Assembly: GCA_964016885.1 (NCBI GenBank)
Contig: OZ024751.1
Span: forward strand, 23,126,001-23,190,000
DNA length: 64,000 bases
Reading direction: 5' to 3'
DNA from: Eledone cirrhosa
Taxonomy: Eukaryota
In this document: positions 1 through 13,935 of the stretch, piece after piece
Layout of the letters: every line of letters begins with the position of its first letter
How positions within the stretch are numbered: the stretch's first letter is position 1
Notes under the pieces: model-generated
Databases searched by the model: none
The model's input: the letters and a program-made list of their open reading frames with translations, nothing else
What the model was told of the DNA's origin: nothing
Translations under genes and position numbers: made by a program

Positions 1-656
1 TCAGGTCATAAGGAGGAGGAAGACAATGAGATGGAAGAAAGTTTCAAAGTCTGGCAGTTTGAGGTGAAAAGCTACGACTGTAATAAATTAATGTATTGTA
101 GGTATGGTCCCGTAACTCATGATAGAGTCGTAGGGGCACCATTTTGACAAATGGCGTTTCTTGGGCATTTTAAGCTTGGCAGAGGCCAGGCCTCAATACA
201 GTAAATTTCTTCCAGAGAAAAATAGAAAGTAAGAGAGAGGAAATGAGGAAGGGATATAGAGGAAGAATCGACTCCAGTACAGGACTGGTACTTTTTTTTA
301 TCGACCTTGAAAGGATGAAAGGCAAAGTTGACCTTGGCAGGATTTGAGCTCAGAAAGCTGGAACAAATACCATAAAGCATTCTATCCAACATTTTAATGA
401 CTCTGCCAATTTGCTGCCTATACCAATTAATTAACCCTTTAGCATTTAAACTGTCCATATCCGGCTAGAATTCCTTCACCTCTTTCTGTTCCAATCGGCC
501 ATAACTGCCTGTTCATACTTATATTTAGGTATTATTCTCAAAATAAATAATATTAAAATCTCATAGATTCAATATTTTGTGAGATGATTATGTGAGATAA
601 AGCCTTTTCTGTGAAAATATAATAATAAACATAGAGTAATGTGAATGCTAAAGGGT

Positions 657-1203
657 TAATACATACCACAATTAGTTATTATATACTTGAATTAATTAAT
701 ACATACCACAATTAGTTATTATATACTTGAATTAATACATACCACAATTAGTTATCATATACTTGAATTAATTAATACATACCACAATTAGTTATTATAT
801 ACTTGAATTAATACATACCACAATTAGTTATCATATACTTGAATTAATTAATACATACCACAATTAGTTATTATATACTTGAATTAATACATACCACAAT
901 TAGTTATCATATACTTGAATTAATTAATACATACCACAATTAGTTATTATATACTTGAATTAATACATACCACAATTAGTTATCATATACTTGAATTAAT
1001 TAATACATACCACAATTAGTTATTATATACTTGAATTAATACATACCACAATTAGTTATCATATACTTGAATTAATTAATACATACCACAATTAGTTATT
1101 ATATACTTGAATTAATACATACCACAATTAGTTATTATATACTTGAATTAATTAATACATACCACAATTAGTTATTATATACTTGAATTAATTAATACAT
1201 ACC
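657..1203. repeat. Minisatellite of 36/40-bp alternating units (76-bp higher-order repeat), about 14 units
   Basis: atacataccacaattagttat(t/c)atatacttgaatta(atta). Confidence 0.95.
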
Positions 1204-1499
1204 ATAAGGCTCATCTGCTGGATCAATTCTCAGGTGAATACTGTTATTGTTCTTCTTATCTTCATCAGTAACTTGTAAAGTACCAACAAGAGAACCGACA
1301 GGCATTTCTTCTTTAACAATAAATACATTATGACCTTCAAATTTTGGCGGGTGATCATTGTAGACCATATATGGAGCATTTACGATTACTTGGGCTTTTG
1401 TTTTTCGAGATGGAAAGCCCATGTCCATGGCAGCCACAGTAAAAGTGTAAGTTGAATGACGAGGTTTCGAGAAAAATCCTTTGAGTAGAGTCAAAACTC
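1203..1499 (-). CDS. Giant cadherin, exon D4 (gene continues past the left edge of the window)
   Basis: atag| acceptor, G|GTATGT donor, 297 nt, phase 1-1; AAMDMGFP...YNDHPP...VTDED. Confidence 0.88.
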
Positions 1500-1735
1500 C
1501 TATAAATTTAAAATGTGAAAAAAAAAAAAAAAATAATATTTAATTGAGCTATCCAACCAACCACCCAATCAGCTAGTCAACCAACTAACCAGCCAACCAC
1601 CCAGACCCCCCCCCCCAAAAAAAAAAAAACTAAACAAAAATAAATACAAAGACAAAAAAAAAAAAACAATTAGTAAACAAAATAAAAAAATGAAAAAAAA
1701 AAATGAAAAAGAAAAAAAGAAAAAATTAGACTAAC

Positions 1736-1991
1736 CTGTTTCAATATCAATTTTGAATTTTCCAAGAGTATCAGAATCAAAAATGTATAACAACTTGTTA
1801 TTAGGACTGGTGCTGTCTCTATCGATGGCGATTAACTGACCAATCTTGTAACCAGCTGTGACAACATGTGGTAGGGAATATTCATAGGATGATTGGACAA
1901 AACGAGGTTTGTGGTCATTGACGTCTTGCACATGGATATTGAGGTCAGCTGAGGTTGATAAACCTCTACCGTTTTGGTCAGTTGCTACAAT
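1736..1991 (-). CDS. Giant cadherin, exon C4
   Basis: tcag| acceptor, G|GTTAGT donor, 256 nt, phase 0-1; IVATDQNG...VQDVNDHKP...AIDRD...[10 protein letters not shown]. Confidence 0.9.
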
Positions 1992-1994
1992 CTG

Positions 1995-1996
<2 letters not shown>

Positions 1997-2034
<38 letters not shown>

Positions 2035-2235
2035 ATGTATATATGTATATATGTATATATGTATATATGTATATATGTATATATGTATATATATATATGT
2101 ATATATGTATATATATATATATATGTATATATGTATATATATGTATATATATATATATGTGTATATGTATATATATATATGTATATATATACATATACAT
2201 ATATATGTATATATATATATATATATGTGTATATG

Positions 2236-2302
<67 letters not shown>

Positions 2303-2499
2303 ATATATATGTATATGTATATATGTATATATATATGTGTATATATATATATATATACACATGTATATATATATGTATATATATATATATACATACACAC
2401 ATATATATATGTACATATACATATATATGTATATATACACATATATATATGTATATATATACATATACATATATATGTATATATACACATATATATATG

Positions 2500-2546
<47 letters not shown>

Positions 2547-2613
2547 GTATATATACACATATATATATGTATATATATACATATACATATATATGTATAT
2601 ATACACATATATG

Positions 2614-2655
<42 letters not shown>

Positions 2656-2685
2656 CACACACATATATATGTATATAAATATATA

Positions 2686-2717
<32 letters not shown>

Positions 2718-2774
2718 CATACACATATATATATGTATACACTCACACACACACATATATATATATATACATAC

Positions 2775-2809
<35 letters not shown>

Positions 2810-2906
2810 CATATACATACATACATATATATATATATGTATCTATATATATAAATATAAGTAAATAAATATATATTATATATATATATGTGTGTCTGTG
2901 TGTTTA

Positions 2907-2980
<74 letters not shown>
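1997..2980. repeat. Compound (TA/TG/CA)n microsatellite, representative of dozens in the window
   Basis: Direct reading; source of the spurious YI/HT/CV ORFs. Confidence 0.95.
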
Positions 2981-3029
2981 AACATGGTATTTAAAGAAAG
3001 GTAAAATAAATTCTATGCAACTAATTTAC

Positions 3030-3203
3030 CTTGAGACGAAATTGTCGATCCACCTCCCTATCTATACTGCCAGGACGAGCAACAAAGATGGTTCCTGATC
3101 TAGGATTAATACTAAATAACTTGCTTTTTTCACCCTTTAGACTGAATTGTATCTGTTGATTGGCTGTTGTAGCATCTTTATCGATGACAGTAACATTTTT
3201 GGA
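3030..3203 (-). CDS. Giant cadherin, exon B4
   Basis: tcag| acceptor, |GTAAAT donor, 174 nt, phase 0-0; IDKD...[10 protein letters not shown]...IDRE. Confidence 0.9.
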
Positions 3204-3223
3204 CTGAAATACAAAAGAAGACA

Positions 3224-3264
<41 letters not shown>

Positions 3265-3314
3265 ATATATATATATAATATATATATATAAATATATGAT
3301 ATATATATATATAA

Positions 3315-3514
<200 letters not shown>

Positions 3515-3812
3515 AATATATCATAGATATATCATAGATAACAACATCAACCAAAACAGTTTCAGTTAAACTTGCACCGACAGTAAAATAAATAAATAAA
3601 TAAACAAACAAATAAATAATTAAATAAACAAATAAAAAAAAAAAATAAACCAAGAACAGCAGTGACAAGAAGAGAAAGAAATAACGAAAAAAATCAACAA
3701 CCTAAAACAAAAAAAAAATTCGATCCAAGTTGTAATTATTGTACATCGTCTACGAAAGTATCTAATTGATAAAGAAATTTTAATTAATTCTATGTCCTCC
3801 AAAGCATTTTCT

Positions 3813-3875
<63 letters not shown>

Positions 3876-4019
3876 TAGTGAAATTGCTTTTAGGAAATTG
3901 AGATAAATGAATTTACATAGAGTTCAGAAAGTTTTTCTAAACTATTTTTCACTTAATTTAACTATCAAAATTGTCTCCAACTAAACGAAGAAAATGCTAA
4001 TATATTCTAAGCAAATACG

Positions 4020-4129
<110 letters not shown>

Positions 4130-4250
4130 TTATACTTTGGAAGGGTCATGTTGCCAATAAAAAACACACGCACCAGATGTTTTCACTTCAATTTATTATA
4201 AATTTCCGATTGGCTGGTTGGTTCTATAACCGGATGGTTGTTCATATATT

Positions 4251-4293
4251 GTCAAAGTTCTTTCGTCACACATTCTGTGACCTCTTCAGTGAC
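4251..4293 (-). ncRNA. Minimal type-I hammerhead ribozyme motif (imperfect)
   Basis: GUCA-CUGAAGA-G-GUCACA/UGUGAC-GAAA-GAAC-UU-UGAC; inside a 4127-4450 insert in (TA)n that has about 40-bp inverted repeats. Confidence 0.6.
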
Positions 4294-4450
4294 TGGGAAT
4301 TATTTTCTTTATTTTGTGCCCCTCCTTTGTTCTGTCCTACGCATGTACGTGTGTTTCTTATTGGCAACATGACCCTCCCAAAGTACAACAATATCGGTTT
4401 CAACACACGTTTTCAGATAAGAAATCTTGCTAAACAAATTCAGAAACGAA

Positions 4451-4483
<33 letters not shown>

Positions 4484-4809
4484 TTACTAACTCAATAATA
4501 ATAGAATTGTATCGTTTACTTATATTCCCGTGGTGAGTATAGAGAGATATTTGCTGTGCAATTTTAACTAAATTTGACCAATAAACGAAAAACATGATCA
4601 TTTTATCGTTTAGAACTGAAAAACAAAAGAAAAATATAAACAAACAATACTTGTTGATGGATAGATAAAAATACACATATGCACACATATACATACATAC
4701 ACACACAAGCATAGACTCACTCAGGCACATTCATACACATACATTCATACACAAGCATACACTCACGCACACACATACACATACATACATACTCGTACAC
4801 ACGCGCGAG

Positions 4810-5095
4810 TGGAGGCATGAGGCCTAGTGGTAAGAGTGTTGGGTTTACGATCATAATGTCGTGGGTTCGATTCCTCGGTTGCGTGTTGAGTTCTTGAGCA
4901 AAACACTTCATTTCACGTTGCTCCAGTATACTCAGCTGAAAATGAGTACCAGCAATAGCTGGGGGGTTTAACCCTGCGATGGACTGGCGTCCTGTCCAGG
5001 AGGGGTGGTGGGTCTTGTACTCTCAGTCGCTTCATGCCTTGAAACCGGGATAAGTGCCGGCCAAATGAGCTTTCTGGCTTAAAACAGACCTTAGA
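4810..5095 (+). mobile_element. Second tRNA-derived SINE family (V-domain-like core)
   Basis: A-box ggcctagtggt, B-box ggttcgattcc, core ccctgcgatggactggcgtcctgtccagg; partial inverted relative at 22247-22365. Confidence 0.7.
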
Positions 5096-5558
5096 CTTTT
5101 AGACACACGCGTGAACACACACAGAAGCATAGATCAACACTCTCACAAATTCATACATACTCGCACACTGACGTGCACACACACACAGGCATAGATTCAC
5201 ACTCACATATACATACATACATACTCCAACACACTCCCGTACACACACATATACAAATACTTACATATACACTCACAATATTCATAGAATCGTTTGGAAT
5301 GCAGCTTTAAATTTTATGACGATTGAATTTCTTTTGCTGTTTTAATTATCCGTTTGACTATAAACATGTAGCTGACTGTGTCTTTACTGGGTTAAACACC
5401 AAACTGACTGTCTCTCTGCCATTTTAATTACCGTCTTTCTCCTATTTTAAGACCTACTCCAAAAATAAACCCTAGCATAATTTATGTTTCTGTCCAATGA
5501 TAAGTCCTACGCCAAAAGCAAGTCTTAGCGTATTTTTGCGAGAAAAATCAACATAAAA

Positions 5559-5831
5559 TCTCTCTCTCTATAAAATTATTTGTCTGTTTGTCTATCTGTC
5601 TGTTTCTATGTATTCTCTAACGGCTGGACCAAATCAAATCAAATTTTACAAGGTATTAGACCCCGGGAGTGTCAACATGTAATTTTTATTTTCATTTGGA
5701 TTAAAACAATATAAGATTTTATCTAAAATAATATATAAGAAAAAAACAAACAAAAACATATCTTCATATTTATTGTTTACTAATCTGAATAAGAACAGCA
5801 GTACCCAGGCAACGCCGGGTAATTCAGCTAG
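5559..5831 (+). mobile_element. Non-autonomous Helitron-like element nested in another repeat
   Basis: A|TC start, cccaggcaacgccggg hairpin, CTAG|T end; the two flanks join into a repeat also seen at about 53525-53710. Confidence 0.65.
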
Positions 5832-6601
5832 TATTCTATAAAATGCAGATTTCCAGTGTTGATGATTACTAATATATTAAATTCTTTTAATGTTGTTTTT
5901 ATTTCTATCACTCTTTTTCTCACTGGAAGAAATCGACTGCGCTCAAACTTGGAGAAGGGGTCGGGCTCCACTAGCTTTAAAATGTACCTATGACTCCATC
6001 AGAAATCATGTACCCATACATGATGGCTACAAACTCTGCTAAGAGTATTGCAATCACTTATCAGATTATAGAGTTTGGTGGACATTTAGGCGACGGCTAG
6101 CCACACAAATCTGTAACATATCTTGAACAAGCAATGCCTGTGCTTTGAAGGTTTTTTTAAGTGGGGAAAGGCTTTGCACTCGACCAATCCCACTCTCTGA
6201 GCATCGAACACACTACCCGAAAAGGAGAACTGGTCAACATCATCGGATGCTTCCGAAGCCGCAGGTTCTTTTCAGTGTTTCCCTCTCATAGAAAGGTGTT
6301 ATGACAACAACTGGAGACCTTTCACTTCCAGGTGAAAAAAAAAAGTACTATTTGGATGGCCGTTGACTCTGCTGAGTTCCTCCGCCCTTTGACGGGTCTT
6401 GTAATATCACCCCGCAGGGTGTCCAAATATCACCCTCCTCACCAAGCAAGCTTGATGGAGTTGCCGGTTTAGTCGCCGACGACCCGACAGGTTGTACTGG
6501 GTTACATATTACCGGTAGCACTCGAGAGCGACCCGACATATATACATACATTACATGTATACTTAAGATAAAATCTTCTTAAGAGTGCAACACAAGCTTA
6601 C

Positions 6602-6855
6602 CAATTCTACTTTTTGTCCCACTATTGGATTTTGATCATCTTCGAACACAGTTCCTTGATATTGCTGTCCATGAAGAAACAATGGAGGATTGTCATTGAC
6701 ATCTTTTACTGTTATAGTCACAATGGTGCTGGCAGTGTAGGCAGGTAAACCATTATCCTTGACAAACACCTTAAAATTATACATATCTATATCTTCTCTG
6801 TCAATTACATCATTGGTTCGTATGGTGCCTTTTCTTGGATCAACAGAAAACGGAA
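6602..6855 (-). CDS. Giant cadherin, exon A4
   Basis: acag| acceptor, |GTAAGC donor, 254 nt, phase 1-0; IDRE...VKDNGLP...VKDVNDNPP. Confidence 0.92.
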
Positions 6856-7837
6856 CTGTAAAATATAACAAATGTATTTTAACAGCTTATTTGAGTTCAG
6901 ATTTAGTTCAGATTTAGTTGAAACGAGGTATTTTATCACAAATCACAAACATTTTCTTTTCAACAGATGAACTTGAAAAAAAAAAAAAAAAAAAAGACGG
7001 CCGACAAATTGGACAAAAAATATAATTATGTTCCTATTGGTTTTTTTCATTGTTGATACTATCTACTGGTCACAAATCCTGGTAAAAAGAGGCAGGATTT
7101 GAACTAAGAACATACAGAGTCGGATCAGATACAGTAAAATATCCCGCCAATCCACTTTCATAGACCGTGAAAGGATGAAAAGCAAAGTTGATTTTGATGG
7201 AATTTGAACTTGGAACACACAGAGTCAGATCAGATACCGTAAAATATCCTGCCCGACTCTTTAACAATTCTGTCGATCCACTGCCCCAGGACAGTGCTTT
7301 ATTTATCTATCCTTAGAAGATGAGAGACAATGTTGACATCAGCAGAGAACAGGAAAATATCCCGAGCCATTTAATATAGATACACTCTTTAAACGATAAA
7401 AAGATAAAAAAGTACCAGTCTAATACTTGACTGGTACTTTTTTATCGACCTCAAATGGATGAAAGGCAAAGTTGGCCTTGGCGAGATTTGAACTCAGAGA
7501 CGAACTCAGAGCCGAAATGAATACAGCAAAGCATTCTATATAATGTTCTTCCTCTATATCTCTTTCTCACTTCCATTTTCTTAATCTCTCTCCACCCTTC
7601 CCTGGAAGAAATCTGCTGTATTTAGACCTGGAGAGAAGATGTGTTCCGCCTGGTTTTAAAAAGAAGTCCTAAAAATGCTGTATATCACTACGGAGCAGCT
7701 ACGACACCCTCAAGAATTACGGGACAAAAAAAAAGTTATTCACAGAAAATTATTTCTCACAGGTCAAACGACCAGGTAAAAGCTAGGCTATCTCATTCTC
7801 TCAATGAAATATAGTTTTAAATAAATGTTCTTCTTAC

Positions 7838-8119
7838 CTGATGTATCAGCAATAAAAAAACTTAGCTTTTCTCCTTTCACTTTATGCAAATCAGGATCAT
7901 TTGCAGATATTTTCCCTATAAATACACCAACTTTACTGTTTTCTAATACATAGAAGTAAAAGCTCGGTTTTACAGTTGGCGGTCGATTTATTGGTATAAA
8001 TATTGTGATGTTAGTACTGTTAGAAAGACCAGGAGCTCCATTATCGATTGCTTGAACTTCGATTTTATAGCTTGTCTTAACTGGTTCTCGAACAAGATTA
8101 TCAGCAACAATTAAATCAC
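7838..8119 (-). CDS. Giant cadherin, exon D3
   Basis: ttag| acceptor, G|GTAAGA donor, 282 nt, phase 1-1; GDLIVADNLVRE...AIDNGAP...IPINRPP...ANDPD. Confidence 0.9.
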
Positions 8120-8546
8120 CTAAGAATAAATAAATTGTTTTAGGAAAGTTAGTATAATGCAAGTGAGAAATAAAGGAGTTAAATTGGAATTATTACATTG
8201 GATCTGGTGGAGGGCCAACACATACATACAGACATAGAACCATACATACAGGCACAGGTACACTCATATACACACACATATATACCCACATGCATACCCA
8301 CACACACAGATACCCACACACATATACACACACACACACAGACATACATACAGATACACACAGACATAGTGATACATGCTCAGGCATGTACAGACACTGA
8401 GGCATACACACACACACACACACACATACAGGCATACACACACACACATACACTAATACTCATACACACAAATGCATATATATATCTATATACATGTACA
8501 CACAGAGAGCGGCATAGACACATACAGGCATATACACACAAGTACA

Positions 8547-8626
<80 letters not shown>

Positions 8627-8822
8627 GTTACATGCACAGGCACATACAGACACTGAGGCACAGGCATATACACGCACATACACGCACATACACGCACACA
8701 CACACACATACACGCACATACACACAACTACACATACACATACACAAATACATATATATATATAGATGTACACACAGAGAGAGGCATAGACACATACAGG
8801 CATATACACACAAGTACAGACA

Positions 8823-8866
<44 letters not shown>

Positions 8867-9058
8867 GATACATGCACAGGCACATACAGACACTGAGGCA
8901 CAGGCATATACACGCACATACACGCACACACACACACACACACACATACACGCACATACACACAAATACACACACACATACACAAATACATATATATATA
9001 CATGTACACACACACAGAAACACAGACACATACAGGCATATACACGCAAGTACAGACA

Positions 9059-9117
<59 letters not shown>

Positions 9118-9291
9118 GCGCACACACATACTTATTTTGAATCACGCTGTGATAGTTTTATCGCTTATTAAGAACTACTTTAAGAACTACGCTGGAGGAC
9201 GCTCACTAATTTTGACAACCCAAAATTTGAAAAAAAAAAAAATTGTTTCTATTTTTGGCACAAGGCCAGCAATTCTCCCAGTGTATTACTG

Positions 9292-10283
9292 ATACTTTAT
9301 TTTATCGACCCCGTAAGGATGAAAGACAAAGTTAACCTCGGCGGGATTTGAACTCAGATCATAAAGGGCCGTAAGCCTTTGCTGGAAAGTATGGCGTCAG
9401 ACCCTCTACCGATACGTACTTTATTTTATCGACCCCCGTAAGGATGAAAGACAAAGTTAACCTCGGCGGGATTTGAACTCAGATCATAAAGGGCCGTAAG
9501 CCTTTGCTGCAAAGTATGGCGTCAGACCCTCTACCGATACGTACTTTATTTTATCGACCCCGTAAGGATGAAAGACAAAGTTAACCTCGGCGGGATTTGA
9601 ACTCAGATCATAAAGGGCCGTAAGCCTTTGCTGCAAAGTATGGCGTCAGACCCTCTACCGATACGTACTTTATTTTATCGACCCCGTAAGGATGAAAGAC
9701 AAAGTTAACCTCGGCGGGATTTGAACTCAGATCATAAAGGGCCGTAAGCCTTTGCTGCAAAGTATGGCGTCAGACCCTCTACCGATACGTACTTTATTTT
9801 ATCGACCCCGTAAGGATGAAAGACAAAGTTAACCTCGGCGGGATTTGAACTCAGATCATAAAGGGCCGTAAGCCTTTGCTGCAAAGTATGGCGTCAGACC
9901 CTCTACCGATACGTACTTTATTTTATCGACCCCGTAAGGATGAAAGACAAAGTTAACCTCGGCGGGATTTGAACTCAGATCATAAAGGGCCGTAAGCCTT
10001 TGCTGCAAAGTATGGCGTCAGACCCTCTACCGATACGTACTTTATTTTATCGACCCCGTAAGGATGAAAGACAAAGTTAACCTCGGCGGGATTTGAACTC
10101 AGATCATAAAGGGCCGTAAGCCTTTGCTGCAAAGTATGGCGTCAGACCCTCTACCGATACGTACTTTATTTTATCGACCCCGTAAGGATGAAAGACAAAG
10201 TTAACCTCGGCGGGATTTGAACTCAGATCATAAAGGGCCGTAAGCCTTTGCTGCAAAGTATGGCGTCAGACCCTCTACCGATA
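9292..10283 (-). repeat. Tandem array of 8 near-identical 124-bp SINE-head units
   Basis: gatacg recurs at 124-bp spacing (9536, 9660, 9784, 9908, 10032, 10156). Confidence 0.95.
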
Positions 10284-10434
10284 CTGCCAATCCAGACCCT
10301 TCTTTGAAAAAAAAAAAAAAAATAAACAACCTTCGGCTTCCAGGACGCATGGGATAGATTTTTGAGACAGGTTTTAGGAAAAAAGTAGCGTCTTCGACGC
10401 CGGGAAATACAGTATATAGTAAAAATATAATTAC

Positions 10435-10687
10435 CATTGTCAGGATCAATTTTAAACTTGCCGTAACCACCGTCTTTGAGTAAATATGTAATTCTGTTAT
10501 TCTGAAGACTGCAATCAGAATCAATGGCGTTGACGGAGCCAACAACTGTTCCCGTCTTTGTTGTGATCGGAGTTCGGAATTGATATTCTTTCGGAAATAT
10601 TGGAGCATTGTCATTGATGTCTTGGATTTCAATTCTAAGATTGGTTTCTGTTTTATGACCAAGTCCACCTTGGTCAGTGGCAGATAC
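10435..10687 (-). CDS. Giant cadherin, exon C3
   Basis: gaag| acceptor, G|GTAATT donor, 253 nt, phase 0-1; VSATDQGG...IQDINDNAP...AIDSD...GKFKIDPDNG. Confidence 0.9.
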
Positions 10688-10758
10688 CTTCAACGACAGC
10701 GAGGGAGGAAATAGCTTCATAAAGTCATAGATTATATCATAGAATTGTTTATGTGTGA

Positions 10759-10887
<129 letters not shown>

Positions 10888-11059
10888 TTTGTTTGTGTGT
10901 GCCTGCATCTGTGTTTATGTTTATTGTTTGTTTTATGTTGTGTAACCTAGTGGTTCGACAAATAAAGATTGATAAATACCAGACATGAAATAAATAAATA
11001 AAAAAACAAAAAAAAACAAAACAAAAAAAAAACAAACAAGTACTGGGGTTCGGTATGGC

Positions 11060-11465
11060 GGGTAACAGTCTAATGAGTGAAACCAGTAAAAAAATACATG
11101 GTAGTGCCCCAGCATGGCCACTATCTAATGAGCGAAACCAGTAAAAGAATAAAAGGTAGTGCCCCAGCATGGTCACTGTCTAATGAGTGAAACCAGTAAA
11201 AGAATAAAAGGTAGTGCCCCAGCATGGCCGCAGTCAAATGACTGAAACTAGTGTAAGATTAAAATAGATCGCCCCCAGTAAGGCCGCAGTCTCATGAATT
11301 AAACTAGTAAAAAAATAAAAGGTGTGCTCCAGCATGACACCAGTAAAAGTATGAAAGAATGCAGGGCCCCAGTATGGCCGCAAACTAATGACTGAAACTA
11401 GTAAAAGAATAAAAGAATGTAGTGCTCCAGCATGACCACAGTCTAATGACTGAAATCAGTAGAAG
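11060..11465. repeat. Diverged tandem repeat of about 55 bp, about 7 copies
   Basis: gtagtgccccagcatggccgcagtctaatgagtgaaaccagtaaaagaataaaa. Confidence 0.8.
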
Positions 11466-11488
11466 AATAAAAAAAAATAAAAGAATAC

Positions 11489-11662
11489 CTTTAGATTATA
11501 TGTATCTATACTGTCACAACGAAGATTAACGGGATACCGCACACGAACGGTACCTTCTGGAATGTTTAAGGTGAACAGTTTAGCACCTTTTCCTAATAAC
11601 TTATAGACCAAATCTCGGTTGGATTCTTCAGCATCGTCATCGGTGGCCAGAATTTTCTGATT
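11489..11662 (-). CDS. Giant cadherin, exon B3
   Basis: tcag| acceptor, |GTATTC donor, 174 nt, phase 0-0; ATDDD...LFTLNIPEGTVRV. Confidence 0.88.
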
Positions 11663-12179
11663 CTGAAAGTCGGAAAGTTTAAACAAAAATTATTAGATTC
11701 AAATAAACAAACAAACAAAAAGATAGAGATAGACAGATAGATAGATAAATGGATAATTTCTCATTCTATTTTCTGATGAAGGACTAGCATCTTAAAAGTT
11801 AAGACACTTTCCCTACTATATCAAGCGTAAAACTAATAATATATTTCTTCATTGGACTGTGTCGTTGCTTAGTTATTTTTGTTTGCTTTTGCATACTTAT
11901 ATTTATACGTAGATAGACAGACAGATAGATAGATAAATGAATATATTTATATGTAGATAAAGTTATATTTGTATAAATAAAGATTGTGTAACCGAGATTG
12001 CACCAACGTGTATAAATATATACACATATATAATATGTAGGCTTTGGCTGTAAGCGTACTTCTTTCTTTATATGTAAGTATATAAGGTTGATTGTAAATA
12101 AATAGATGGAGATGGAGAGTTAGCTACCTAACTAGATAGGTAGATAGATAGAAAGATAAATAGATAGATAGATAGATAG

Positions 12180-13075
12180 ATTTCTTTATTTGCCACAAGG
12201 GCGCACAAGAAAAGGGGACAAAACAAAGACACATGCCGGGGATTTTACATAAAATCGTGTAGGTGGATAGGTAGATAGATAGGGAGAAATAGATAGATAG
12301 AAATAGATAGATATGTTCCTTTATTAGCCACAGGGGCACAAAAGAAGGGGACAAATACAAAGGGGGAAGTTTACATATAATAAAAACGTGTAAAATACTA
12401 TCACAAATGCAATTTAAAAATTAATCGATTTTCCTCAATAGTGGGAGACATTACATATGGGTAACACATACCCTCGTAAAAATGTGCAACCCTCATCTCC
12501 AGGAGTACGAAGAGTGAGTACCCCTTTCCTCTCTTCCTCTTTTTCCTCAACCTACAGGCTGATATAGAGAGAAGGCCCATTGACTCGGGCCATTCTCGCC
12601 ACTTTCACCCACCTTTCATAAAACTTGCTGAGGTACAACACCTCTCTCTCCATCCTGATTCTTCTTTCAAAGTGGTATTTGAAAAAAAAGAATCAGTTGT
12701 TGGCCGGAGAGAAAGGTGTCTGACCTCAGCCCTTTTAACCTTGTCCACCATACAACCTCTTTCGCCATAGCTATCACACAAAGGAAAACCGCCTCTCCTT
12801 CGTTTTTTAAGGAGGGTGGCGGTTTGATCATGACAATGGAAGATAGAAAGATAAATAGATAGATAGGTAGATAGATAGATAAATAGGTAGATTGGTAAGT
12901 AGATAGACAGAGAGGTAGATAGAGAAAGATAGAAAAAAATAGATAGATAAATAGAGAAATAAATAAATAAATAAAGATAGATAGATATATTTCTATTTAT
13001 TGCCACTATGGCGCAAAAGAAGGGACAATACAAGGGGGGGAGTTTACATTCACAAAAAGGCGAGTAAAGAAAACA
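12180..13075 (-). mobile_element. Three further 3'-end fragments of the same Tx1-like LINE in one (GATA)n tract
   Basis: 12316-12840 closely matches the 3' part of the 13119 copy; shorter tails at 12180-12260 and 12990-13075. Confidence 0.75.
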
Positions 13076-13118
13076 AATAAAGATAGATAGATAGATGGAA
13101 AGATAGATAGATAGATAA

Positions 13119-13935
13119 ATTTCTTTATTAGCCACAAGGGCACAAAAGAAGCGGACAAATACAAATGGGGAGTTTACATACAGGTATATGAAAATAAAGC
13201 TATTAATATAATAAGAAATAACAATTGATATCCCCAATAGGGGGAGGAGTTACAGAGGGGTTGTACACACCCCGAAAAAATGTACAACCCTCATCTCCAG
13301 GAGCACCAAGAGTGAGTACTCCCTTCCTCTCTTCCTCTTTTTCCTCAACCTACAGGCTTATATAGAGAGAAGGCCCAACCACTCGGGCCATCTTTGCCAC
13401 ATTCACCCACCTTTTATAACATTTGCTGGAGTACAGCACCTTTCTCTCCATCCTGATTCTTCTTCCAAAATGATATTTGAAAAAACGAATCAGTTGCTCG
13501 CCGGAGAGAAAGGTGTCTGACCTCAGCTCTTTTAACCTCGTCCACCATACAACCTCTTTCACCATAACCATAACACACAGGAAAACCGCCTCTCCCTCGT
13601 TTTTGAAGGAGGGTGGCGGTTTGATCATGACAATGGAGTCGGTGGTCAACTGGATTGGTCCCACCCGCGACAATAGTCGTTCTACATAGCCCCACAGGTT
13701 GGTAACGCCCGGGCAGTGTACAAATGCGTGCGCGACGGTTTCCTCGTCGCGCACGCATCTCGGACAGATCTTTTTCGAAGGGTCCCTACCCGGGCTCCCG
13801 TATTTGTAGAGCTTGTCTCGAACTGGTAGAGCTCCTCTGTAGCACTGCCAGGCCAGGGACTTTTGGAAGTTGTCCATTGGTCCCGGGCGGAAGGTCCTAC
13901 CGAACAGACTGGCCAGTTCATCCTCCTCTACGCCT
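13119..13935 (-). mobile_element. 5'-truncated Tx1/L1-clade LINE (ORF2 C-terminal CCHC region and 3' UTR)
   Basis: ...LAWQCYRGALPVRDKL...CPRC...ETVAHAFVHCP...; 3' end AATAAAG running into (TATC)n. Confidence 0.85.

Noticed and set aside
1-200. Further cadherin exon at the window edge
   Set aside because: Minus-strand translation contains stops and resembles a decayed CR1/L2-type LINE end; no EC motifs.
1955-2985. Long YI/HT/CV-rich ORFs here and throughout the window
   Set aside because: Stop-free dinucleotide microsatellites open in several frames; not genes.
4810-4880. tRNA gene
   Set aside because: A and B boxes run directly into a SINE body and no convincing acceptor stem is present.
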